A DNA stretch of 42,679 nucleotides from Clostridia bacterium (GTDB lineage Bacteria; Bacillota; Clostridia; Christensenellales; Aristaeellaceae), in contig JAFVBK010000051.1 in NCBI GenBank assembly GCA_017480045.1, positions 1 through 42,679 on the forward strand, in the 5' to 3' direction. The notes below the pieces were generated by a model that made no database searches, had not been told where the DNA came from, and worked only from the letters and a program-made list of their open reading frames with translations. This document shows positions 1 to 8,653 of the stretch, one piece after another. A program made the translations under genes and the position numbers. Within the stretch, counting starts at the first letter, position 1. Each line of letters starts with the position of its first letter.

Positions 1-285
1 GGATTTGTCGCGATTCTATCCTGAAGGGGAAGACAGGGCGGGCGGCGCAACGCCGCCCCTACGGGGGGAGGCTGAGAAGCGGTTTCATATGGCATGGATT
101 TGTCGCGATTCTATCTTGAAGGGGAAGGCAGGGCGGGCGGCGCAACGCCGCCCCTACGAGGGAAGGCTGAGAAGCGGTTTCATTTGACATGGATTTGTCG
201 CGATTCTATCCTGAAGGGGAAGACAGGGCGGGCGGCGCAACGCCGCCCCTACGAGGGAAGGCGGGAAGCGATTTCATTTGACAGG
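1..285. repeat. Tandem repeat, 95-bp unit x3 (units start at 1, 96, 191), with a degenerate partial fourth start near 286. Each unit carries the hairpin GGGCGGCG-CAA-CGCCGCCC.
   Basis: Direct reading: GGATTTGTCGCGATTCTATC recurs at 1, 96 and 191, with only a few substitutions per unit. The array touches the window edge, so it may continue upstream. Confidence 0.92.
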
Positions 286-316
286 ACTTCGTCGCGGCTA
301 CGGGCCGGCGGGATAT

Positions 317-1309
317 TTATTCGTCGTAGACGAACATGCGGAAGGCGTCGATGTTCTTCTGGCGGTCGTCGACGCGTAGATTGGCGCCGTCGTCGGTGTA
401 GCTGCCCTCCACCGGCAGGCGGGTTTGACCGGGCGCGCCGGCGGCAAGGGCCTTTATCCCCAGGGACAGCAGCTGGACGGCGGACATGTTGGTGTCGACG
501 GAGCGCGTCAGCGCCCTGCCCAGGCGGGCGAGCAGTGCCGGGTTCCAGAGGTTGGACCGGATTTTATTCAGCATGGCCTCCAGCAGCGCGCGCTGGCGGG
601 AGGTGCGCATGAAATCGCTGTCCAGTTTGCGGATGCGGGCGTAGTAGAGGGCCTGTACGCCGTTGAGATGGGTGTGCTCGCCGCACTGGGCGAGGGGGCT
701 GGCATCGTAGCCCAGGGGCTCGAAATGGGCGCGGGCCACCTCTATATTTTGGTTGATGCGGCCCATCTCCGCTTCGGTGACGTTTAGCTCCACGCCGCCG
801 ATGGCGTCCACCAGGTTGACGAGGGATGTGAAATCCACCGCCAGATAGTGCATGATGTTGAGGTCGAAGTTTTGATTGAGGGTGCGCATGACCAACGCCG
901 GACCGCCGTGGGCGTAGGCGGCGTTGAGTTTGCCGAGGCCATAGCCGGGAATATCCACCAGGGTGTCGCGGAGGACGCTGGTGAGCCGCAGCTGCTTGTA
1001 GCCGATGGATGCGACGACGACGGTATCGCTGCGCTGGCTGTTTTCGCGGGCCATGTCCAGACCCAGCAGCAGTATGTTGGCGCGGCTGGCGGGCAGGCCG
1101 TCGGTGAGGGACAGCTCGACGCCCTCCGGCTCTACGGCGAAGAGGGAGACCGGCAGGATGTACAATAGTCCCGCGCCAAGCAGCGCCAAAACCAGCAGCA
1201 GCGCCAGAAGGCGGAGCAGAAGCCCCGCCAGCCAGGCGCCAAAACCGCGCCGGCGACGTTCGCGCCGGCGCTTTTTGCGTCTCTTTTGATAGGGTCCTTC
1301 GTAGTACAT
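317..1309 (-). CDS. LytR-CpsA-Psr (LCP) family cell-envelope phosphotransferase
   Basis: Basic N-terminus, then one TM helix (LLLRLLALLLVLALLGAGLL). LCP core motifs ILLLGLD..R..RSDT and KLNAAYAHGGP. Confidence 0.85.
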   Translation of the reverse strand: MYYEGPYQKRRKKRRRERRRRGFGAWLAGLLLRLLALLLVLALLGAGLLYILPVSLFAVEPEGVELSLTDGLPASRANILLLGLDMARENSQRSDTVVVASIGYKQLRLTSVLRDTLVDIPGYGLGKLNAAYAHGGPALVMRTLNQNFDLNIMHYLAVDFTSLVNLVDAIGGVELNVTEAEMGRINQNIEVARAHFEPLGYDASPLAQCGEHTHLNGVQALYYARIRKLDSDFMRTSRQRALLEAMLNKIRSNLWNPALLARLGRALTRSVDTNMSAVQLLSLGIKALAAGAPGQTRLPVEGSYTDDGANLRVDDRQKNIDAFRMFVYDE

Positions 1310-1543
1310 GGTGCGTGGTGCGCCTTCTTGCTTTGGATTTTCGGGCGTGATTCGCGCGGGGTCCCGCCATGAAGGTTACGTTTTTTGGGGTGGGCAGCGC
1401 GCCGCCGCCTCTACAAGCGGCATCGAGAGGACGGACTTTGACGCAAGCATTTTACTTCGAAAAAGCCCGCAATTGGCGCTTCGGATATTGCTGAGGCCGC
1501 GGGAAAGCTTTTCCCAAAGCGATCCGAAGGGGGAAAACCGAAA

Positions 1544-3922
1544 TCAGAGCTGGATGGGGAGGGGCTGGCGAAGCAGGGCGCGGCTCTCCGGCAAGCCCTC
1601 CAGCAGCGCGGGCAGCTGGCGGAGCGCGTCGAGGGAGGCGCTGGCCAGCAGCGACGGCAGCAGGCGCTGCGCCACGGCGCGATCGAGTATGCGCATCGGA
1701 TCGGCATCCTCGCCCAGGGCATCCAGCATCAGCGCGCAATAGCGCCAGGAATCGCTTAGTGCCCGGTGGGAAAGCGCTGTACCGAGACGGCTCAGCGCCT
1801 CGCGAAGGGCGTCCATGCGTGCTTCGATGGCGGCGGGCAAAGGCTTGTCTGGGATGGCGAGACAGAGGGACGCCGGAGCCTGAGGCGCAAAGGTCTTTTT
1901 CGCGCGCGGCCTCCAGGGTGCGTCCGACTTCGAAGCGAGACGGATCGTGAAGCCGCGATCCAGCGCGTAGGGTGGGAGCGGACAGCCGCCGTCCTGTACC
2001 GTCAGGCAGAGACGCCACTGAGGACGATCCAGCGCGCCCAGACCGCGCAGGGCGTCGGGAACAGGATAAAGATTGGCGTCGTCCAGCAGCAACAGGGCGG
2101 GTGTTTCCGGGTATTTGTCCAGCGCGGAAACGCGGACGTCTCCCTCAAGGGAGGATTTGCCAGGGGCAAAGACGGCGCAGCGGTCGATATCGGCCCAGCC
2201 AAGGGCCTCCGCGAGCAATCGGGCGGTTTCGGTTTTGCCGCTGCCCACCGGGCCGCTGAGAATCAGAGCGGAACTGAGCGCGGCGCAGGCGCAGAGGTTC
2301 AGCGCCTCCTCGCGGTCAAGGGCGCCATAACCCGCGGCTTCGAAGCGGGTCGCGACCCGTTGAGCCAGCGCATTCAGGCTCGACGGCTGGATTTCAGGCG
2401 CCGGGGCGGGGACGGATTCGGCTTCGCCCCTGATGAGGCGGATGCGCTCCAGCATGTGCTGGTTCAGCGCGAATTCGCGCAGGCGCTGTTCCAGCGCTTC
2501 GCCGGTGAGGGCGTCCACGGCCTTGCGGGCGTCCTGGGCCGCGGCGCGGGCCTCTTCGGCCTGCTGTTCAAACCTGGCCTGCTGCGCCTGAGCGTCTTTG
2601 GCGCGCTTGACGGCATCGGCGAGCTCGCCGGCAACATCATCGCGCAGCTCCTGCTTGAGAGCCTGACGGGTTTCGGCGTTTCTCAGGGTTAGATGATCCA
2701 GCTCGCCCAGCAACGCCAAACGGCGAGCCTCAAGCCCTTCCAGGTGGCGCTCGATATCCAGCTTTTTGGCGGCCTCGCGGCATTCCTCCAAAGACGCGCC
2801 GAATTCCTCGATGCCGCTGAGAGATTCCAGCAGATCCCTTCTGAGCTGGGGCTGATTCCACGCGTCGCGCACGGCGTCAACGGCGTGTTCCACAGGACTC
2901 GCCAATGGCGCGCCCGTATGAATGGGCGCGACCGGCTGGCCCAGCTGGTTCAGGCGGGAATGCTGCCACTTTTCTTCGATCAGCTCCTGCAGGCTGCGGC
3001 CGCGGCGGGGATTCATGCCGCTTTGAGCGGCCAAACTGCGCTGGGAAGGGGAAAGACGGGGGTCTATCGGCTTGGGAAGCATGCTGCTGTCGTGATGAAT
3101 CCAGGGCTTTTCGGCAGTCTGCGCGAGAGGCTCGCGCCCGGCGTCCCCTTCCCGGTGCACGGGCTTATCCGTGGGGGCGGGCGACGCGTCGCCGGCGGAT
3201 GTGGCGACCGCTGTTTTTTCGATGGCAATGGGACAATCCACGGCGGCCGGCGCGGGATCTGACGGCTTGTCTTCTGAAGCGGGCTCTTCGATAGACTGGG
3301 ATTTGCCGCTGAAAATTTGCGCCTGAGTTTTGGGCGCGGCGATGGCGAAGGACAGCGGTTCGCCCCGAAAGCCCTTGAGATCGAAGATCTGAATGGAATC
3401 CGGCGCGCAGCGCTTGCCGGTAGGCAGCAGCTTCGCGCTGCCCTCGGCATCGGGATCGGCGATCCACTCGAAGCGTTCGTGATTCAGCGATTCGCCCTGA
3501 AGCAGTACGGCGGCCGTGCGCGGCTGGGGGCGCGGGGCGTCCGCCGCGACTTCGGGAAGGATTTCAAAAATCGTCTCCGGAGCGGGCTCGCGGATCACAT
3601 CGGAATAGATGATGAAGGCGTTCTGCTCCGGGGAGCCCTCGCGATAGGTCTTGTTGGGGCGTATCGTGTCGTTGTCGTCGGGATGCGCGCGCAGGTCTAC
3701 CACGCAAAACAAGCCCATGCCGCGCATGCGGGATTTAAAATGGTAGGATTCGTTTTTGTCCGGTACGATGCGGATGCAGCCGTCCTCCGGGTAGATTTGG
3801 GCTTCGGTATAGGGAACGTAGCGCTCATCCACTTCTACCAGCAGCGGTTTGAAGCGAAAATAGGCTTTTTGGGGGTTGTCTTCTTCCAATATGCCTACAC
3901 ACAGCTTTCCGGGCAATGACAT
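1544..3922 (-). CDS. Large hypothetical P-loop NTPase (792 aa). Order of regions: unrecognised N-terminal domains, Pro/Ala/Ser-rich linker, coiled coil, AAA-like ATPase, helical C-terminus.
   Basis: Walker A LILSGPVGSGKTETARLL, with Walker B-like ALLLLDDANL about 50 aa downstream. Long heptad-like E/R/A/Q stretch (RHLEGLEARRLALLGELD...QQAEEARAAAQDARKA). RBS GGAGG upstream of the ATG. Confidence 0.8.
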   Translation of the reverse strand: MSLPGKLCVGILEEDNPQKAYFRFKPLLVEVDERYVPYTEAQIYPEDGCIRIVPDKNESYHFKSRMRGMGLFCVVDLRAHPDDNDTIRPNKTYREGSPEQNAFIIYSDVIREPAPETIFEILPEVAADAPRPQPRTAAVLLQGESLNHERFEWIADPDAEGSAKLLPTGKRCAPDSIQIFDLKGFRGEPLSFAIAAPKTQAQIFSGKSQSIEEPASEDKPSDPAPAAVDCPIAIEKTAVATSAGDASPAPTDKPVHREGDAGREPLAQTAEKPWIHHDSSMLPKPIDPRLSPSQRSLAAQSGMNPRRGRSLQELIEEKWQHSRLNQLGQPVAPIHTGAPLASPVEHAVDAVRDAWNQPQLRRDLLESLSGIEEFGASLEECREAAKKLDIERHLEGLEARRLALLGELDHLTLRNAETRQALKQELRDDVAGELADAVKRAKDAQAQQARFEQQAEEARAAAQDARKAVDALTGEALEQRLREFALNQHMLERIRLIRGEAESVPAPAPEIQPSSLNALAQRVATRFEAAGYGALDREEALNLCACAALSSALILSGPVGSGKTETARLLAEALGWADIDRCAVFAPGKSSLEGDVRVSALDKYPETPALLLLDDANLYPVPDALRGLGALDRPQWRLCLTVQDGGCPLPPYALDRGFTIRLASKSDAPWRPRAKKTFAPQAPASLCLAIPDKPLPAAIEARMDALREALSRLGTALSHRALSDSWRYCALMLDALGEDADPMRILDRAVAQRLLPSLLASASLDALRQLPALLEGLPESRALLRQPLPIQL

Positions 3923-4054
3923 GTTTTAACCTCCATTGGATGGGTTCGTGCGGGCAGCTCCCGCATTATCGAGTACCGGCATCTGAACGGTCGCGCGTTT
4001 CAGGGGGACGGCAGGTTTGACGCATCCGCCCCCGCAAACATTACCTTCATGTTA

Positions 4055-4084
4055 ATTGTAACATCGTGTGGGCGAAATTGTCAA
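4055..4084 (-). promoter_or_regulatory. Sigma-A type promoter for the 792-aa NTPase gene (TTGACA-18 nt-TACAAT on the minus strand)
   Basis: Plus-strand TGTCAA at 4079-4084 and ATTGTA at 4055-4060. Leaves a leader of about 130 nt containing GC hairpins. Confidence 0.6.
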
Positions 4085-4125
4085 TACCCGGCGCAAGCGG
4101 CGGACGACTTCGTTTGCTTTTTAAG

Positions 4126-4677
4126 CTACCAGGGCCATTCCAGTTCGGGACTGTAGTCGTCTGGCGCGAGGGTTGAATCGATGTTTTGATCGAAGGCGCG
4201 CAGAATCTCCAGCTCCAGGTCGGAAAGTATCGAGGCGGGAAGCGCCCTCAGAAGCTTGACGAGGGCGCGGTTGCGCTCGGCCTGGGCGGGGTCGCCCTCC
4301 TCCGGCAGGGTCAGGCGGATGCGCAGAGCCTCCAGTGTGGGCCGGGGAGCGTCGGCGGCGTAGATATATTGCGCGTCGCAGATGAGACAACAACGCTCCT
4401 CGCGCTTGCCGGCTCTACGGATGGTGAACTCAACCGAGGAGCGTCCCGGCTGGCCCGCGGCGGCGAGGCTGAGGTCGAAGGGGCGATAGATGAAAAGATC
4501 TCCAGGCGAGATCTTCAGATATTGGCACAGCGTGTTCAGCGTGTCGAACTGAATGCCCTTGGCGCCGCCGCTGGCGAGGGCGGTGAGCGTGGTGCGGGAG
4601 ACGCGGGTGTCCTCGGAGACTTTGGAGATGGTCAGCCGTCGCTCCGCGAGCAGCACGGCCAGATTGGGAATGAGCAT
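4126..4677 (-). CDS. XRE/Cro-CI family HTH regulator (putative repressor of the phage-like cluster) with an unrecognised C-terminal domain
   Basis: N-terminal HTH_26/XRE pattern LAVLLAERRLTISKVSEDTRVSRTTLTALASGGAKGIQFDTLNTLCQYLKISPGDL. Divergent from the structural genes. No S24 peptidase motif seen. Confidence 0.8.
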   Translation of the reverse strand: MLIPNLAVLLAERRLTISKVSEDTRVSRTTLTALASGGAKGIQFDTLNTLCQYLKISPGDLFIYRPFDLSLAAAGQPGRSSVEFTIRRAGKREERCCLICDAQYIYAADAPRPTLEALRIRLTLPEEGDPAQAERNRALVKLLRALPASILSDLELEILRAFDQNIDSTLAPDDYSPELEWPW

Positions 4678-4710
4678 GAAGCGACCTCCTGTATGAGGAT
4701 TTCAGGACAT

Positions 4711-4739
4711 ATTGTACAGCAATCTGAACAAATTGTCAA
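4711..4739 (-). promoter_or_regulatory. Promoter of the XRE repressor gene (TTGACA-17 nt-TACAAT on the minus strand)
   Basis: Plus-strand TGTCAA at 4734-4739 and ATTGTA at 4711-4716, with RBS CAGGAGG downstream. One arm of an 8-bp inverted repeat (TCTGAACA, 4723-4730) lies in the spacer. Confidence 0.6.
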
Positions 4740-4855
4740 GGACAGGCATGAAAAGCGCAAATGACTGACATATACTCATGATGTTCAGACTATTGGACAT
4801 TATGACTACAAATTGAGAATAATGCGCGTCTCCTGCCGCGGGGAACGCGTGAGAA

Positions 4856-5233
4856 GTGGGAAAGGCGGGCGAAGGCATGACGGCGAAGGAGTATTTGAGC
4901 CAGGCCAAGCGACAGGACCGGCGTATCGGCGCGCTGTTGGACCGGCAGCGTCGGTATCATGAGCTGGCGGGCAGCTGCGGCGAGAACGGGCGCGCGCGGA
5001 TGCTTGAATTGGAAAAGGAACTGGATGAGCGAATTGGCGCTTACGCGGCGCTGGTGCGGGAAATCGAGGGCGTGATCGACGCCGTGGGGGACGCGCAGTA
5101 CCGCGATGTGCTGAAATACAGGTATTTGAATGGATGGAGTTGGCAGCGGATCGCGGAGCGCATGTACTTTTCCCAAGACTGGGTGTGGCGGCTGCATGCG
5201 CGAGCGTTGAAAGCGGTGCGCGTACCGGAGTAA
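4856..5233 (+). CDS. Phage sigma-70 region-4-like transcriptional activator (RinA/ArpU/DUF1492-like late regulator)
   Basis: C-terminal YRDVLKYRYLNGWSWQRIAERMYFSQDWVWRLHARALK resembles a sigma region 4 / LuxR-like HTH. It sits just upstream of the terminase genes. The start is ambiguous (GTG 4856 or ATG 4877). Confidence 0.6.
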   Translation: MGKAGEGMTAKEYLSQAKRQDRRIGALLDRQRRYHELAGSCGENGRARMLELEKELDERIGAYAALVREIEGVIDAVGDAQYRDVLKYRYLNGWSWQRIAERMYFSQDWVWRLHARALKAVRVPE

Positions 5234-5378
5234 ACAGGACAGAGAAAGCAGGTTTTGGCGGCGTATAGATCAAGCATGAAGCGGCGAGAGGGGGCGGATT
5301 AGAATAGGCGGAACTGACAAGCGCGTCGGGCTGACGGGGAACGCCCGAATTGCCGCGCGGCTGCGCAAGAAGCTGCTG

Positions 5379-5573
5379 ATGCGGCTGGAGAAGGTGGCGG
5401 ACGCGATTCCGGATGGCGCGGTGACGGAGATGAAGGCGCAGGACGACGGCGCGACGACGCTGTTTAAGCTGCGGGATCTGACGGCGGCCTACCGGGATCT
5501 GGCGGAGGATATGCCGGGAGACGGCGGCGGAGATACGGAGGATTTGACGCCGTTGGAGGAACTGCTGAAATAG
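5379..5573 (+). CDS. Short TerS-like ORF (possible C-terminal remnant or minimal small terminase subunit)
   Basis: Called by its position immediately upstream of TerL and its acidic C-terminal tail. The frame is open from 5280, but no ATG/GTG/TTG occurs before 5379. No HTH region is present. Confidence 0.35.
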   Translation: MRLEKVADAIPDGAVTEMKAQDDGATTLFKLRDLTAAYRDLAEDMPGDGGGDTEDLTPLEELLK

Positions 5574-5653
5574 AGGCGCATTATCCCAATTGGGGAAGGC
5601 TGAAGAGGAATCCGAAGCGGAGGCCGGGCGAAGGGAAAGGAAAGTGAGACTCT

Positions 5654-7060
5654 ATGGGCAAAACGGCGACGATTCCATGGGGCGCGTTTTCCGACAAGCA
5701 CAAGCGCTACATCAAGGAGGCGCTGAAGCACCGAATGTGCGTGGCCGAGGGTGCGATTCGCAGTGGCAAGACCATCGATCATTGCATCATCGCGGCAGCC
5801 TATCTGGAGCGGACGCCGGATCGATTTCATCTGGCGAGCGGCGCGACGATCGCTAACGCCAAGCTGAACATCGGCGTGTGCAACGGCTTTGGATTGGAAA
5901 ACCTGTTCCGGGGCCGCTGCCGATGGGGCAAGTACCGGGACAACGAGGCGCTGTTTATCCGCACGCATACGGGAGAAAAGATCGTGATTTTCGCGGGCGG
6001 CGGACGCGCGGACAGCTATAGGCGCATTCTGGGCAACAGCTATGGGCTGTGGATCGCCACGGAGATCAACGAGCATTACGATTGCGCTGACAGCCGCACG
6101 AGCTTTGTGAAGGTGGCGTCGGGCAGGCAGATTGCCGCGCGGCAGCCGTTGACGCTTTGGGATTTGAATCCTTGCGGGCCGGGAGCGCCCATCTATCGGG
6201 ATTACATCGACAAATATAGGAAGGACAGGCTGGCGGGCGGCTATCTGTACGAGCATTTCACGATCCGGGACAACGCCACGATTACGCCTGAGAGGCTGCG
6301 GGAGATCGAGAGCCGCTACGACGTGAATTCGGTGTGGTACCGGAGGGATATCCTGGGTGAGCGCGCCGCGGCGGAAGGGTTGATCTATAGGCAGTTCGCG
6401 GATAACCCGGAGCGATTCATCGTGGACGGCACGGCGGAGGGGCAGGCGCTGCCCGGAAGGGTTCGCAGCGCGGCGATCGGCGTGGACTTTGGCGGCGGCA
6501 CCAGCGCGCATGCCTTCTGCTGCCTGGGGTTTACCGCGGGCGGCGCCGCGATCAATTCGCCGAGCCGTCCGGCGACGGTGTCCGCATTTGCGGAAAGCCA
6601 CGGGATCGTCGGGAACTCAAGCCGTGGCGCGGTAGTGGTGCTGGACGAATACCGGCAGGGAGAGGCGCTGACGCCAAACGCGCTGGCGGCAGACTTTGTA
6701 GAGTTTGTGCAGCGATGCCAGGCGCGATGGCTGGTGACGGATGTCTGGTGCGACAGCGCCGAACAGACGTTGATAAATGGGCTGCGGGCCGCGGCGGCGG
6801 CCGCGCGCCTGCCGGTGAACATCGGCTCGGCGCTGAAAAAGCCCATCAACGACCGTATTCGGGCGACCTGTCTGTTGATGGGCGAGGGGCGGTTTTTTGT
6901 GCATCGCGACTGTCGAGATACCATCGACGCGCTGCTGAACGCGGTATGGGATCGGGGAAAGCCGACCCAGGACGTGCGACTGGACGACGGCACGACGAAC
7001 ATCGACAGCCTGGACGCGATGGAGTACGCGCTGGAGCGGGAAATCGCGTATCTTCTGTGA
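5654..7060 (+). CDS. Terminase large subunit (PBSX / Terminase_3-like)
   Basis: Walker A AEGAIRSGKT, Walker B-like LWIATEINEH, C-terminal nuclease region IGVDFGG ... DSLDAMEYAL. Size (468 aa) and position fit. Confidence 0.9.
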   Translation: MGKTATIPWGAFSDKHKRYIKEALKHRMCVAEGAIRSGKTIDHCIIAAAYLERTPDRFHLASGATIANAKLNIGVCNGFGLENLFRGRCRWGKYRDNEALFIRTHTGEKIVIFAGGGRADSYRRILGNSYGLWIATEINEHYDCADSRTSFVKVASGRQIAARQPLTLWDLNPCGPGAPIYRDYIDKYRKDRLAGGYLYEHFTIRDNATITPERLREIESRYDVNSVWYRRDILGERAAAEGLIYRQFADNPERFIVDGTAEGQALPGRVRSAAIGVDFGGGTSAHAFCCLGFTAGGAAINSPSRPATVSAFAESHGIVGNSSRGAVVVLDEYRQGEALTPNALAADFVEFVQRCQARWLVTDVWCDSAEQTLINGLRAAAAAARLPVNIGSALKKPINDRIRATCLLMGEGRFFVHRDCRDTIDALLNAVWDRGKPTQDVRLDDGTTNIDSLDAMEYALEREIAYLL

Positions 7061-7072
7061 AAGGATGATCGC

Positions 7073-8626
7073 ATGGGTTTTATGGACATGGTTTTAAAAA
7101 GGGGGAGGAGGCTGATGGCAAAGGCGGGCGCGGATGCGGGCCTGAGCCGCGCGTTCAGGGACATCTTCGAGGTCGGGGGTGTGCCCGCGTACCGGCAGTT
7201 TTACGAGAATGGCATCTTTGTGTGGAAGGCGCTGTACCGGGGCAGCTACGCGCCCTGGCATCTGGTGCCCGCGCCGACCATCGCCAACCCGAAGGCCATG
7301 CGTCAGCTCTACCGGCTGAACGCGGCGAAGGCGGTATCGGCGGAGCTGGCGGGCCTGGTGTGGAGCGAGCAGTGTGACGTTCGCGTGAGCGTGAATGGCG
7401 GCGCGGAGGGCGATCGGGATCCGCTGAACACCTTTGTGCATCACGTGCTGCGGGAAAACGCCTTTAACGAGAAGATGCAGCAGCTGATCGAGCAGGGACT
7501 GGCGCTGGGCGGCGCGGCGATAAAGGTTTGGGCTGAGGACGAAGGTCCGCAAAGCGGAAGGATTCGGCTGGGGTATTGTGCAGCGGATCAGTTTGTGCCC
7601 GTTGCCTGGGACAACGCGCAGGTGAAGGAGGCCGTGTTCATCTCTCGCGAGGCAAAGGATGGGCACTATTATACCCGGCTGGAATGGCACCGGCGAGACG
7701 GCGAGACCTATCGTGTGGACAACGAGGTGTACCGTTCGGAGCCGCGGCACGGCGCGCCGGGACAGGACCAGGATATACTTGGAGTTCGCTATCCGCTGGA
7801 GGCGGTGTATCCGGAGCTTGACGAGCACGCAGAGGCGCGGGTGAAGGACAGCCTGTTCACTTATTGGCATACGCCCATCGCCAACAATTTGGACGACGAT
7901 AGCCCGCTTGGCATCAGTATTTACGGCAACGCGCTGGAAACGCTGCGCGCACTGGACATTTGCTATGACAGCTTTGTGCAGGAATTTGAGCTGGGCAAGA
8001 AGCGCATCATCGTGCCTGCCCGCTGCGTGCGTACGGTGGCAGATCCCTCTACCGGCGAGATGCGGCGCTATTTCGATCCTGGCGACCGGGTATACGAGGC
8101 ACTGGCGACGGACGACGCGGGAGAGCTGCGCATTCAGGACAACAGCGTGGAGCTGCGCGTGGAGGAGCACGTGGCGGCGCTGAACGCCTTTTTGTCGGTA
8201 TTGTGCCTGCAGCTGGGCTTTTCGGCCAATACCTTCAGCTTCGACGGCCACAGCGGGCTCAAGACCGCTACCGAGGTGGTGAGCGAGAACAGCAAGACAT
8301 ACAAGACCATTCATACCATTCAAAACCAGCTGAGGCCCGCTTTGGAGCATTTGACGCGCAACATCATCGATGTGGCGATACTGTATGGTCTGAGCTGGGA
8401 GGGGCGTTCAGTGGAGAGCCTGGCGGCGAACGGCTATCAGGTGAAGGCGGTGTTCGACGACGGCGTGACACAGGACCGGCAGACCAACATCGCCGAGGGA
8501 TTGAAGCTGGTGGAAGCGGGACTCTTGAGCCGGTATCGCTTTTTGACGGACGTGAAGTATGGTCAGGGGCTGACGCCCGGCGAGGCTGAGGAAGAGCTGC
8601 GGCGACTGAAGGCGGAGAGCGTATGA
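7073..8626 (+). CDS. Portal protein (SPP1 gp6-like)
   Basis: 517 aa, directly after TerL. Its composition looks like SPP1-type portals. The exact start is uncertain (7073, 7082 or 7115). Confidence 0.8.
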   Translation: MGFMDMVLKRGRRLMAKAGADAGLSRAFRDIFEVGGVPAYRQFYENGIFVWKALYRGSYAPWHLVPAPTIANPKAMRQLYRLNAAKAVSAELAGLVWSEQCDVRVSVNGGAEGDRDPLNTFVHHVLRENAFNEKMQQLIEQGLALGGAAIKVWAEDEGPQSGRIRLGYCAADQFVPVAWDNAQVKEAVFISREAKDGHYYTRLEWHRRDGETYRVDNEVYRSEPRHGAPGQDQDILGVRYPLEAVYPELDEHAEARVKDSLFTYWHTPIANNLDDDSPLGISIYGNALETLRALDICYDSFVQEFELGKKRIIVPARCVRTVADPSTGEMRRYFDPGDRVYEALATDDAGELRIQDNSVELRVEEHVAALNAFLSVLCLQLGFSANTFSFDGHSGLKTATEVVSENSKTYKTIHTIQNQLRPALEHLTRNIIDVAILYGLSWEGRSVESLAANGYQVKAVFDDGVTQDRQTNIAEGLKLVEAGLLSRYRFLTDVKYGQGLTPGEAEEELRRLKAESV

Positions 8627-8653
8627 GCATCCGCGGCGGAAAAGGAGGAAAAC

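Noticed and set aside
1-285. Possible CRISPR array
   Set aside because: The whole 95-bp unit repeats with no unique spacers. The unit is longer than CRISPR repeat-spacer logic allows. No cas genes are in the window.
5-612. ORFs 5-187 and 94-612 across the tandem repeat array
   Set aside because: Their reading frames are produced by the 95-bp repeat itself (the peptide sequence repeats). The second one overlaps the LCP gene antisense. Treated as non-coding repeat DNA.
6480-6640. Apparent insertion of about 30 aa (GGAAINSPSRPATVSAFAESHGIVGNSS) in the nuclease domain of the large terminase
   Set aside because: It looks unusual next to my memory of PBSX-type terminases. I cannot align it to real sequences here, so it may be normal family variation. 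Checking it needs a multiple alignment.
5489-8350. Minus-strand ORFs 5489-6601, 6385-7164 and 7094-8350 opposite the terminase and portal genes
   Set aside because: They are antisense to the coherent, same-strand phage structural operon. No starts with an RBS. Low-complexity translations.
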